From Octopus bimaculoides (taxonomy: Eukaryota), in NCBI RefSeq assembly GCF_001194135.2, contig NC_068983.1, positions 101,083,237-101,116,063 on the forward strand: a DNA stretch of 32,827 nt, written 5' to 3'. Below the pieces are notes generated by a model, which ran no database searches, was not told where the DNA came from, and worked only from the letters and a program-made list of their open reading frames with translations. The translations under genes were made by a program, and so were the position numbers. This document shows positions 1-10,023 of the stretch, piece after piece. The stretch's first letter is position 1; each line of letters begins with the position of its first letter.

Positions 1-52
<52 letters not shown>
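1..52. repeat. (GA)n microsatellite
   Basis: Pure GA dinucleotide run at the window start. Confidence 0.98.
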
Positions 53-56
<4 letters not shown>

Positions 57-249
57 ATATAATCAACTGGAATAGTTAAAATGAAGTTATCTTCTTTCAC
101 ATAACAGAAATTTTCGAGGCACATAAAGGATTTGTGGGACAAAACAGCTGAGATTAAATCAGTTAAGAGTTAAATCAGCAACACCAAGTAGGCAGAACCA
201 AATCAGTTGTACCAAAACATCATATAGCAAAGCTCCACCTGTTCTTTGT

Positions 250-436
250 TAACTATCCTTGGCTTCACCACCAAGTCATCATGAACAGCAAGGTGGGAGA
301 CCAAAACTCAGAGCCCAAAATCCTTTAAGAGATTCACCAGGCAAAGAATACAGCCTACAATGCTTGGAGCAAGTCATCCACCCCTAAAAACAGGGAGGCT
401 TTTTCCCATCACTGTAATCTCTGGAAGGCCATCACT
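250..436 (+). mobile_element. Ancient non-LTR retrotransposon ORF2 remnant (EN-RT linker)
   Basis: Frame reads HQAKNTAYNAWSKSSTPKNREAFSHHCNLWKAI, preceded by a PW-like motif; resembles the linker of Jockey/CR1-group ORF2. Probably the same family as 1195-1500. Confidence 0.4.
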
Positions 437-663
437 TTAACCCTGTAGCATTGAGATTATTTGTCAAATGTAATGCTTATTTATTCAAATTGTTTTAAAT
501 TAATCATACAACATCTCGTAACATTGAGATTTTGATGTTGTGATTGTTTATTTTTAGAATTACATTGTTAAATAGGTATGAGAGGCCAAATTGGCTTAGT
601 TTCACCATAAGACAGGTAGAATATTTAGACAAAATATATCTGGTTGAAACACTAAACAGTTAA
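437..663. mobile_element. piggyBac-like MITE (~225 bp), copy A
   Basis: Starts TTAA|CCCTGTAGC and ends ...CTAAACAG|TTAA (degenerate CTAAAGGG|TTAA). Reverse complement of 845-1073 over its full length. Confidence 0.7.
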
Positions 664-844
664 ACACTACCTTAAAAGTCTACAAATCAAGTCATCAATC
701 TTCTTTTTTTCTTGTTCTTTAGTCACCTAAAACACAATCTTTGCATGTATCAAGAAAACATTAGCATATCCTCCTTAAATACAAACTGCACTCACCTAGT
801 ATTTTCATGGTCACAACAAATGTGAGAGTTCATAATCACTGAGG

Positions 845-1073
845 TTAACACTTTAGCGTTTAAACTGGCCATATCTGGCCCAAATATTCTACTTGTTTTA
901 TATTCAAACTGGCCAGATCTGGCCTCTCACACCTATTTTACAATGTTATTCTAAAAATGAAACAATCATATCATCAAAATCTTAAAGTTCGGAGATAATG
1001 CATGATTAATTGCAACCAATGTGAATAAATAAGCATTACATTTGACAGAGTAGTCTGAATGTTAAAGGGTTAG
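845..1073. mobile_element. piggyBac-like MITE, copy B (inverted relative to A)
   Basis: TTAA|CACTTTAGC ... GTTAAAGGG|TTAG termini; the same family is seen at 18713. Confidence 0.7.
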
Positions 1074-1194
1074 TGCACAATCTCCTGCTGAATGCATAGC
1101 CTTGACATAGAAAAGATTGACTTTCTTACTGACTTTCATTTCAAGGTCATAAAATATGTGTTTGTAACAAATTGTTAACTTTCTGCAAAGATGG

Positions 1195-1500
1195 TCAAAA
1201 TACAAAATGGAGTACTGTTCCTACATCTGGACTGGTGCTGCTGTTATGCACACAAATATCCTCGACCACATCTAAAAATGGCCAACTGAGTCACTCGCTA
1301 ATACACTCCAACTTTTGGCCTCTCTGCCTTTTCTAGTACTACTACAGTGCCTTTTGCTTCTCAGAGCTGGTTCGTCTCATTCCATCTCTGCTACTGACTC
1401 CCTAATCCCTTCTTCTCTTGCTCCCTCCATTCTATTCTCCTCTAAATACTGTACTAATCACTCCCAGTCCTTCCTCCCCAAAACAGTGGAATTCCCAGTT
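1195..1500 (+). mobile_element. Degenerate LINE RT C-terminal remnant (Jockey/CR1-group)
   Basis: KMEYCSYIWTGAAVMHTNILDHI*, then CFSELVRLIP and TNHSQSFLPKTVEF, matching the typical MEYCSHIWAGA...CSSEL...SFFPRT order of LINE RT C-termini. Confidence 0.6.
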
Positions 1501-1566
1501 TCATACAAACAATAACAAACAAATAATATATGTACACACGCAAACATACACATGAGGACATCTCAC

Positions 1567-1660
1567 CTGACAAATGGAATGATTAGATGAGAAACTGAAG
1601 TCAGTAGGTTTTACATCGTCATAATCTAAAATAGCTAGATTCAAAATTCTGGGAAGATAT
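1567..1660 (-). CDS. Host gene exon 10 of 10 in window: (R)YLPRILNLAILDYDDVKPTDFSFSSNHSICQ
   Basis: Acceptor ttctcattgcag, donor CAG|gtgaga; 94 nt, phase 2 in (completes AG+A from the previous exon), phase 0 out. Confidence 0.85.
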
Positions 1661-1740
1661 CTGCAATGAGAATATAAAATTGTTATAATTAGTATTGTTC
1701 ATAGATTAATGTTTTAAACAAATTTCAAAATATTCTTTTC

Positions 1741-1958
1741 TATTCTTTTCTACTCTAGGCACAAGGCCCGAATTTTTTGGGGAGGGGGCTAATCAATTAG
1801 ATTGACTCCAGTATGCAACTGGTACTTAATTTATCGACCCTGAAAGGATGAAAGGCAAAGTCGACCTTGGCGGAATTTGAACTCAGAACATAAAGACAGA
1901 CGGAATACTGCTAAGCATTTCAGCTGGCGTGCTAACATTTCTGCCAGCTCACTGCTTT
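1741..1958 (-). mobile_element. tRNA-derived SINE family A
   Basis: A-box-like GAGCTGGCAGAA, B box GTTCAAATTCC, body TTTCATCCTTTCAGGGTCGATAAATTAAGTACC; several copies in the window. Confidence 0.85.
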
Positions 1959-2115
1959 ACAAATTTCAAAATATTGTCTTTTCAAAATACAATTTTCTGT
2001 CTATATATACAGCTTGAGTCGTCTAAGAGGCCATAAGTTAGGGAGAAGATGCACTCATATAACTGTTAGTAGAGTGGGTAGATTGTCTGAATTTTAAAGT
2101 GTTAATTATCCATCA

Positions 2116-2209
2116 CAGCTGGCCTTATCAATCAGTTTTGCGTGAAATTATATAATCGAATGTTAGGCAACAAACCAGTTATATAATATATGCTTGTCAG
2201 AGATAGCTG
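2116..2209 (-). ncRNA. Degenerate hammerhead ribozyme copy (core CUGACAA...AAAA)
   Basis: Homologous to 3733-3826 but with G8 (2195) and G12 (2139) changed to A, both at former CpG sites. Confidence 0.45.
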
Positions 2210-2800
2210 ATATGGAAGGGGAAAAGGCAACCACTCTCCACTATTAGAGGTGGAAATGAGTACAACCGGTTGGCATTTACTGTGTAAAGGTGGTAGGATG
2301 AAAAAAATTCCAGGCAAGTCAGTTATGAGTTATGTCCCTTGGTTAAGTTAGCCGTTGACAAAAGGAAATTTTGAAGTGGGGAAAGTTTGAATTAAAATTG
2401 TGTGGTTTCTCTGCAGAGTGGGGTGCGTGGTGTGTGTAAAGGATAAAGTTGTGTGGTTTCTTTATATATTACCGTCTGGTGTGTAATTTGTAATGTGATG
2501 TAATATATGATGTATAATGTGATGCATATAGTGTAGTGTGTATGGTATGTAATGTATAGTGTGTAAGTGTGTAAGAGTACTGCGTGTGTGTTGGTTTGTT
2601 TTGTATATGCATGAGAGGGTATGTGCTGGGGTTGGTGAGGGGTGTTTATCTGCAGGGTGTCTGTCTTATGGGTGTGTATGTGTATTTGTGCAGATGGGTA
2701 TTTTGGTGTGTGTCTTGGTCAATCTCTTTATGCCAACCCCAAGGGCCTTGGTGGAAGGTGTCAATTGTGGAATGACAAGGCAGGGGACCCATGGTTACAT

Positions 2801-3214
2801 TCATGGCTGGTCATGCAAGTATGACAGAATGTATTTTCTTTCATGTAGACAAGGATTAAACACCTCACTCCTGCTATTGAGGTAAATGTCTGGGCATTGG
2901 GTGCCTTTTAAGATCGCCCTCCTCTTGGCCAGGCATAATCTACACTTCCTGCTACTGTTGAAGTATGGCTTGCATCTTTCTATGATCTTCCACTTGATGC
3001 TTTATTCTGTGGTGCTTTTCTTTTAAAGCCCAGACATGCTTGGCTAGGGTTGTGGTGTTCCGTTTCTCTGGGATGTTAAAAGAGGACTTGTGGTTGCTAA
3101 AGTGGGTTCTAAAGTGGCCTTCTGTTGCCCCCATGTACTTCCACATGTTTGGTTGTCCATTGTGTCCTGTTGCTGTTACTACTGGCTCATAAATGGGTAA
3201 TGCAATATGAAAAC
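2801..3214 (-). pseudogene. Penelope-like GIY-YIG endonuclease fragment (frameshifted)
   Basis: PIYEPVVT...KYMGATEGHFRTHFSNHKSSF...TTLAKHVWALKE, frameshift near 3015, then SIKWKIIERCKPYFNSSRKCRLCLAK...LNSRSEVFNPCLHERKYIL; stop at 2801-2803. Confidence 0.8.
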
Positions 3215-3732
3215 AGGCCCTTGGGGCTGGCATAAAGAGATTGACCAAGACACACACCAAAATACCCATCTACACAAATACACACACACACATAAGACAG
3301 ACAACCTGCAGATAAATAGCTCCCCCACCACCAACCCCAGCATACACACCCTCATGCATATTGTACCCCCACATAAACAAACCAACACATAAACTAACAC
3401 ACATGCAGTACTCTCACACACTTACACACTATACATTACATACCATACGCACTACACTTTATGTATCACATTACACACCAGACGGTAACATATAAAGAAA
3501 CCACACAACTTTATCCTTTACACATACCATGCACTCCCCCTCCCCGAGAAACCACGCAATTTTAATACAACCTTTCCCCACTTCAAAATTTCCTTTTGCC
3601 AACTCAACAGTAAACTTAACCGACTTGCCTGGAACTTTTTTCATGCTACCACCTTTACACAGGAAATGCCAACCGATTGTGCTCCTTTCCACCTGCAACA
3701 GTGGAGAGCAATCGCCTTTTCCCCTTCCATGT

Positions 3733-3826
3733 CAGCTATCTCTGACGAGCATATATTATATAACTGATTTGTTGCCTAACGCTCCATTATATAATTTCAC
3801 ATGAAATCGATTGATAAGGCCAGCCA
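3733..3826 (+). ncRNA. Candidate type I hammerhead ribozyme in the Penelope arm
   Basis: CUGACGA (3742-3748), GAAA (3803-3806), 3-bp stem III AUC/GAU with GAUU loop, AUA cleavage triplet (3814-3816), interrupted stem I, long stem II containing attatataa/ttatataat. Folded by eye only. Confidence 0.55.
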
Positions 3827-3866
3827 TGATGGATAATTAACACTATAAAATTCAGACAATATATAT

Positions 3867-4235
3867 GCCTGATGACAGTACCGCCTGATTGGTACTTGTG
3901 CCAGTGCCATGTAAAGAGCACCATTCGAGTATGTTCGATGCCAGTGCTACCTAACTGGTCCTATGCTGGTAGCACATAAACAGCACCACTGAAGCATGGT
4001 CGATGCCAGTACCACCTTACTGGCTCTTGTGCCGGTGGCATGTAAAAAGCACCCACTACGCTCTCAGAGTAGTTGGCATTAGGAAGGACATCCAGCTGTA
4101 GAAACTCTGCCAGATCAGATTGGAGCCTGGTGCAGCCTTCTGGCTTGCCAGCCCTGAGTCAAACTATCCAACCCATGACAGCATGGAAAGTGGATGTTAA
4201 ACGACGACGATGATGATGATGATGATGATGATGAT
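3867..4235 (+). mobile_element. RTE family 1 3' end fragment with (GAT)n tail
   Basis: Three ~65-bp repeat units, then GTTGGCATTAGGAAGGACATCCAGCTGTAGAAAC and a (GAT)n tail; homologous to the 3' end of the 6580-9332 LINE. Confidence 0.85.
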
Positions 4236-5004
4236 ATATATATATATTATTAAAGATGAATTTCCAAATTTTGGTTGGTAGGGAATGGAATCCAAGTGGG
4301 TACCTTAGTCACATTTACCGGTTATTAATGCTGGCTAACCTCTGTGAGTGTACAAAAACTCCAGTTAGTTTGATTTACTAACCTCAGTCTATCTTCATAT
4401 TGGTAAATCTATATGTCTCTATAGAGACTGCACATTTTCAGTAGAGAATATAACGAATTTATAATAAAGGAGAATAGAGATTTATATCTAGTTCTATTCA
4501 GCATTTAATTACTTTTTTCATTTCTGCACCTACACATGTTTCTGCAGCAACTAACCAAGGCACACTGCAAAATTTGCATCATTATGTGCACTTATTGTTA
4601 GTTGCCACTTCTTCAGGGTGAACTCAACCACATTGTTCAGATAAAATACAAGTCCAGCCAAAATACATGTGGTGTTGTCATTGTTCCAAAAATAGCCTAG
4701 ATCGTGACCTTTTCAACTCTTTGTGGTTAAAAACAAAATGATTAGCTGTTCAAAGAATTTTAGCAGTCTGCAGACATAGATCATCCTTCAATAGTGAATG
4801 GTAGTATTAATGCTTTGTATCAGGTTGCCTTAAGTATGTCTTTTACTGTTATTACCATCCCTCTCTCTAGTATTGCTATTTCTACTACACTTATTATTAT
4901 TATGTTGTTAGTAATGAGCTATAAGTCTATTATTTAATTTGTTGATTTTATAATTAAATAAAATTTATTTAAATTTAAGAATATCATTAATTTCATTCCC
5001 ATTA

Positions 5005-5220
5005 AAATAGGCCATGGCAGGATTTGAACTCAGAATGCAAAGAAGTGGAACAAATTACTGCAAGACATCTGGGCCAATGCTCTTACATTTCAGCCAGTTT
5101 TCTGCTCTGGATTGGTACTTGTTTTATCAAGGCTGAAAAGATGAAAGGCAAAGTTGACCATGGTAGGATTTGAACTCAGTGTGCAAATGATGAATCTAAT
5201 ACAGCAAGGCATTCAGTGTG
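5005..5220 (-). mobile_element. Two partial degenerate SINE family A heads
   Basis: GGATTTGAACTCAG occurs twice, with GATGAAAGGCAAAGTTGACC as in family A. Confidence 0.6.
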
Positions 5221-5305
5221 ATTGACAATTTGCTTCATACTTTGCCAGTTCTGTTGGTTTAGCCACTCCAGCATATTACTATCAGTTAATAAACTAATTC
5301 ATTAC

Positions 5306-5454
5306 CTGTCAACTGAATCATCAAGAGAAGCATGAAAATAACCAGGTGGGGGTCTACCAGCATCTTCTTTGTAAATAGCTTGCTCAAAATAAATACTGCG
5401 CATATGTAAATGGCATTCATCAAGACCTAGTACATCAGCCTGGTTTGTGTACAA
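5306..5454 (-). CDS. Host gene exon 9: LYTNQADVLGLDECHLHMRSIYFEQAIYKEDAGRPPPGYFHASLDDSVD(R)
   Basis: Acceptor ttttgtctttcag, donor CAG|gtaatg; 149 nt, phase 0 in, phase 2 out. Confidence 0.9.
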
Positions 5455-5749
5455 CTGAAAGACAAAAAAAGAACCATAAAACATTTATATTTTTAGAATA
5501 CTAGTAGAACATTGTTTGATGATGAATTTGTAATGATAAATATTAGCTTTATATAGAAGACAGAAAGTTTGATATTGTAGATGAATCACATATATATATG
5601 AATTATTGATTTTGTCTCTCATGTAATTTCGTTAAGATAATTACTCGTTTCTTGGTCTGTTTGATTCCATTTATTACCATTACTTTCATCCCTCTTACTA
5701 TGTCCCCTAACTAAACTTTGTTTGTTCGCGGTGTGCCTGCCCTTTCCTG

Positions 5750-6400
5750 CCCCCACCACCAATACTGGATATCTCTATCTTCCCACCATCTACACCAGAT
5801 ATCTCTCTCTCCTCCCACCACCATTACTTGATGTCTATTCTCCCAACCCCTCCTCCTCACTGGGCTGTTCTCTATATATTACCTGCACTCTTTCTTTCTC
5901 TCTCTCCTGGGACAAATGCAACTAGCCCAGCTGCTCACCCACCCACCTACTTAACTGGCTATCTTTCGTTTTGTTCTGTCTAGAAATTTGTCACCACCAT
6001 TACCAGATGTCGCTTCTCTTAATTCCCCCTCCTCACTGGTGCTGTTCCCTATATTACCTGCACTCTCTCTTCCTCTCTTTCTCTCTCTCTCTACTGGGAC
6101 AAATGCAACCAGGTTATCTGCCCACCTACTTAACTGGCTATCTTTCGTTTCATTTTCGTTCCATCTAGAAACATGTCAACAACTACCCAGGAATATTCCT
6201 TGGCCTTATCAAGTGAAGGAGAAAGTTATTCGGCTGTCCATGTGTACTTGTTCCTGTGTGTGGGTGCGCTTGTGTGTATGTAGGGATGAGCTTGTTTCTT
6301 CTCTCTCTGTCTGAACCCTTCCCCACTGGTGGTACCTTCCATCATACCTGCAATCCTCCTCTTCCTGGACAAACGCAACCAGTTTTAGCTGACTCCCTAC
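5750..6400 (+). repeat. Pyrimidine-rich hierarchical tandem repeat (two ~176-bp units, a partial third, short ~30-bp subunits)
   Basis: Units begin CACCACCATTAC at 5816 and 5992; shared CTGGGACAAATGCAAC and CCCACCTACTTAACTGGCTATCTTTCGTTT; partial unit at 6322-6400. Confidence 0.75.
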
Positions 6401-6579
6401 CTAATTTAACATTGGAATATCCATATTTTGCTACACCGCTTAAATTTACATTATTCGATGACCATAATGCTTATGCTTACAACGCCACTAACACATGCCC
6501 CTAACTCCAGTAGGGGCAACAATCTTAACACGCTTGAATGCTTGAATGTTGTCAGGTCAGAAGTGAGAACAGGTGAAGC

Positions 6580-9332
6580 ATGCCTAAAAAACGAATACGA
6601 CAACCTCCCTCTTCTTTTCAGGCACTGAATAACATCTCTCCTCCCCAAGCCTCACACCACATTCCCTTCCCAGTTTCCAGAGTTGGCACTGTCAATGTAG
6701 GTACATTGAAAGGTAGGTCTAGTGAGATTGTAGAGATGCTTGAAAGGAGATGGGCTGATGTATGCTGCATACAAGAGGTAAGATGGAGAGGAGCTTCAGC
6801 TAGGGTCCTCACAGGCAAGGTACATAGGTATAAAGTCTTCTGGCAAGGTAACATGGATGGAGTAGGGGTGTAGGCATACATCTTGTGGAGAAATGGGTGG
6901 ATAAGGTCATAGAGGTTGTCAGGGTATGCAATAGAGTGCTTAAGCTCAGGCTAGTCCTGCAGAACAGCACAGCTACAATTATCTCTGCTTACGCCCCACA
7001 AGCGGGGCTACCAAATGATCAGAAGGACCATTTTTATGATACCTTTCTACAGGCTACTTCAAAGACGAGTGGCAATCACCTCATCTTTGTGGTTGGAGAT
7101 TTTAATAGGCATGTTGGGTAGAAATCTGGTATTTTCACTGGTGTTCATGGGGACCATGGTATTAGTTCCCAGAACAATGAGGGAACTAGGCTACTGGAGT
7201 TCTGTGATGCATGTAACCTTTTAATCTGCAACACTAAGTTCAGGAAGCCAGACAGCCACCTGATAATCTATCAATCCAGGGTCTCTGCTAGCCAGATTGA
7301 TATCATCNNNNNNNNNNATTTCATCCTCACCAGACAGCGGGACGCAGGGTTGCTCTTAAATACAAAAACCCTCCCAGGTGAAGAATGTACCCCCCAGCAT
7401 AGACTAGTCATTAGTGACTTTCAACTCGAGACCAGGAGGATGCCAAGAAGCAGACCACTCCAGAAGAGAAGGATTTGGAAGCTAAAGAACCTTCACATGG
7501 TCAGAGATTTAGGGACATCCTCATTAAGAAGTTTGATGAGAGGGAGGAGGAACTATAGTCCTCAGACATAGAGGGTAGCTGGAGATTCTTATGAGACAGC
7601 TTACTGAGTGCCACAGACCAAGTCTGCGGATGGTGCAAAGTCCCTTCCGGACCTAGAGTAATGTGGTGGTGGAATAATATGGTAGACAAAGCCATCAGAG
7701 CAAAGAAACTGGCCTGGAAGGGTGGGGGTAGCAGGGAACCATACCAGATAGCCAAAAGGGAGGCTGGGCGACAGGTATACATAGCCAAGGGCGAAGCAGA
7801 AAAGAAGTTTGCCAATGTCCAGCGATGTGAGGACCAAAGAACTGAAGTATTCTGGATTGAAAGACAGTGTGTGAGAGAAAATTGTGATGTCACAGGAGAG
7901 AAATGTGTCTGCAGGGATGATGGTGCACTTGCTTTTAATGATCCGGAAAAGAAAGAGGCTTGGAGGGGCCATTATGAAAGACTACTGAATGTGGAGAATG
8001 AATGGGAGGAGGAGAGCCTGCTAAATGTTGATCCAGTAGAGGGACCAGCTATCCGAATAGACAGCACCCTGGTGGATAAAGCAATTAAAGATATGAAGCC
8101 AGGAAAAGCCCCCAGCCCATTAGGAATCATTGCTGAGATGCTTAAAACATCTGGTGGTGTGGGCTATGGCCTAGTCACCCATATTGTAAACCAGGTAGCT
8201 TACAATGGAGTCATACCCAATGACTGGCGTAGCAGCACCATAGTCAACTGCTACAAATATAAGAATAGCTTGGGCAAAGTTCAAAAAGCTTCTACTCCTA
8301 CTGGTGACAAAGGGCCTTTTGCTCAGAGTGAAAGGTAGATTGTATGATGCATGTGTGTGAACTGCCATGCTTCATGGCAGTGAAACGAGGGCCGTGACTG
8401 CTGAAGACATGCGTAGGCTTGAAAGAAATGAAGCTAGCATGATCCGCTGGATGTGTAATGTCAGTGTGCATACACAACAGAGTGTAAGCGCCCTGATATA
8501 AATGTTAGACATAAGAAGCATCGGATGTGGCATGCAAGAGAGACGTTTGTATTGGTATGGTCATGTAGTGCGGATGGACAAAGAGATCTGTGTGAAGAAG
8601 TGCCACTCCCAAACAGTGGAAGGAGTCCGGGGAAGAGGGAGATCCAGGAAGACATGGGATGAGTTGGTGAAGCATGACCTTCAAACGTTGGGCCTCACAG
8701 AGGCAATGACAAAAGACTGAGACCTTTGGAGGTATGCTGTGACTGAGAAGACCCAGTAAATAAAGTGAGTCCACAGCTGTAACCTACACCAGTGTTGCAT
8801 AACCAGTCCACTCAAAAGTACGTTGGATTGTAGGGCTGGCAAAGAAAGTGAGTCCACAGCTGTAACCTACACAAGTGTCGCATAACTAGCCCACTCAAAA
8901 GTACCTTGGATCGTAGGGCGACATGGTGTGCTTGAGGAGACCTATTGAGTCAAGTACATCAACATCAGCAATATCAAAATCAAATCAAATGGAAATTGTA
9001 GCTGTGAGCCCCATGCCGGTAGCATGTAAAAAGCACCATCTGAATGTAGCCAATGCCAGTGCTACTTCGACTGGCTTCTGTGCAAGTGACACGTAAAAAG
9101 CACCATCTGATCATGGTCGATGCCAGCTCCTCTAGCCCCTGTGCCGGTGGCACGTAAAAAGCACCCACTACACTCTCTGAGTAGTTGGCGTTAGGAAGGG
9201 CATCCAGCTGTAGAAACACTGCCAGATCAGATTGGGGCTTGGTGCAGCCTCCTGGCTTCCCAGATGCCAGTCGAACCAGCCAACCCATGCCAGCATGAAA
9301 AACAGATGTTAAACGATGATGATGATGATGAT
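6580..9332 (+). mobile_element. RTE-clade LINE (family 1): APE endonuclease and linker present, RT core deleted, 3' UTR with (GAT)n tail
   Basis: RVGTVNVGTL...DVCCIQEVRW, ISAYAPQ, GDFNRHVG, PQHRLV (APE); KPGKAP...VIPNDW..IVNCYK joined directly to the C-terminal region at ~8255; LYWYGHVVRM, RGRGRSRKTW; multiple stops and frameshifts. Confidence 0.92.
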
Positions 9333-9499
9333 TGATATCTTTTGGAATGGAGGAAATTTGTTGGAAGTGAGGAAGATAGCCAGGTAGCCATCTAGCAATA
9401 GATGCCTATGTATGACACTTAAATTAAAATGGGCTTATTTTGGGACATTTAGTTTGAGGAGGAAGGACAGTGGCTAGAAGCTTTAAAAACTCAGCAGAC

Positions 9500-9790
9500 T
9501 GGTAAAATTATGTTCATTCAGCTTGCATAATGGCAAGTTGCAATATATAAGGAATTTGCAGGCTGGAAAAAAATTCCAAGAGATTCAAATCTGGTGAGAA
9601 ATGAATGAGTAAAGTGATTGATTTGATTTTTGCAGGAGTGATACAGTAAGGATGAAAAAGAAAGGTTAAGTAATTTGAGATATGTAGATTGCTAAATCAG
9701 AGGAGCAGAATTTTTTATAGTGGTAAAAGAGACAGCCAAAGGAAACTGTGCATCTATTAACTGTTGGTTGGAACATGTTGGAGAATAAAT
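9500..9790 (-). mobile_element. Very degenerate LINE RT C-terminal remnant
   Basis: Minus strand reads CLFYHYKKFCSSDLAI and NHFTHSFLTR, the same motif order as 1195-1500. Confidence 0.4.
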
Positions 9791-9963
9791 ATCTACTAAT
9801 TAGTTAAATGGATATATCTTTTAGGCTTGATAGGTGAATGAACATACACACAAATGTATTCTTCACATTAATTGTATTCCTTTGCACAAAAATATATCTT
9901 AAAAATATAAAAAAAGAATAGTTTTGTACTTTTATTGCATACAGAAATCTACTAGAAGCTTAC

Positions 9964-10023
9964 TTTTGAAAGAACTGATGATTCCCAACAACTGTCAAGT
10001 AGGTGACTTCTAAGATGTACCAA
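9964..10023 (-). CDS. Host gene exon 8: LVHLRSHLLDSCWESSVLSK
   Basis: Acceptor tttttgttattgcag, donor AAA|gtaagc; 60 nt, phase 0/0. Confidence 0.85.

Larger units (their letters stand above)
2082..3860 (-). mobile_element. 5'-truncated Penelope-like element with an inverted copy of its 3' end (fold-back)
   Basis: Arms 2082-2748 and 3215-3860 are diverged reverse complements flanking a 466-bp core that encodes a GIY-YIG endonuclease C-terminus on the minus strand. Confidence 0.8.

Noticed and set aside
2559-3804. Several 60-108 aa ORFs (MCKCVRV..., MKTGPWG..., MHSPSPR...)
   Set aside because: They come from the low-complexity AC/GT-rich Penelope 3' UTR arms, and frames are not conserved between the two arms.
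3867-4060. ~65-bp hairpin repeats as a CRISPR array
   Set aside because: No unique spacers, the units are diverged, the sequence is part of a eukaryotic LINE 3' UTR present in many copies, and there are no cas genes.
4556-4696. Open minus-strand stretch YFWNNDNTTCILAG... bounded by AG/GT as an extra host exon
   Set aside because: Poor polypyrimidine tract, and phase 1/1 does not fit the phase-2 junction that already joins exons 9 and 10.
6200-6245. GAAGGAGAAAG...CGGCTGTC as a second minimal hammerhead
   Set aside because: Neither CUGANGA nor a correctly placed GAAA is present; too many changes would have to be assumed.
6500-6600. HDV-like ribozyme in the RTE 5' region
   Set aside because: A 7-bp GGCAACA/TGTTGTC pairing exists, but there is no recognisable P2, P3/L3 or P1.1 nested pseudoknot.
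7501-7972. Minus-strand ORFs of 123-130 aa
   Set aside because: Antisense shadows of the RTE ORF2 with no independent protein features.
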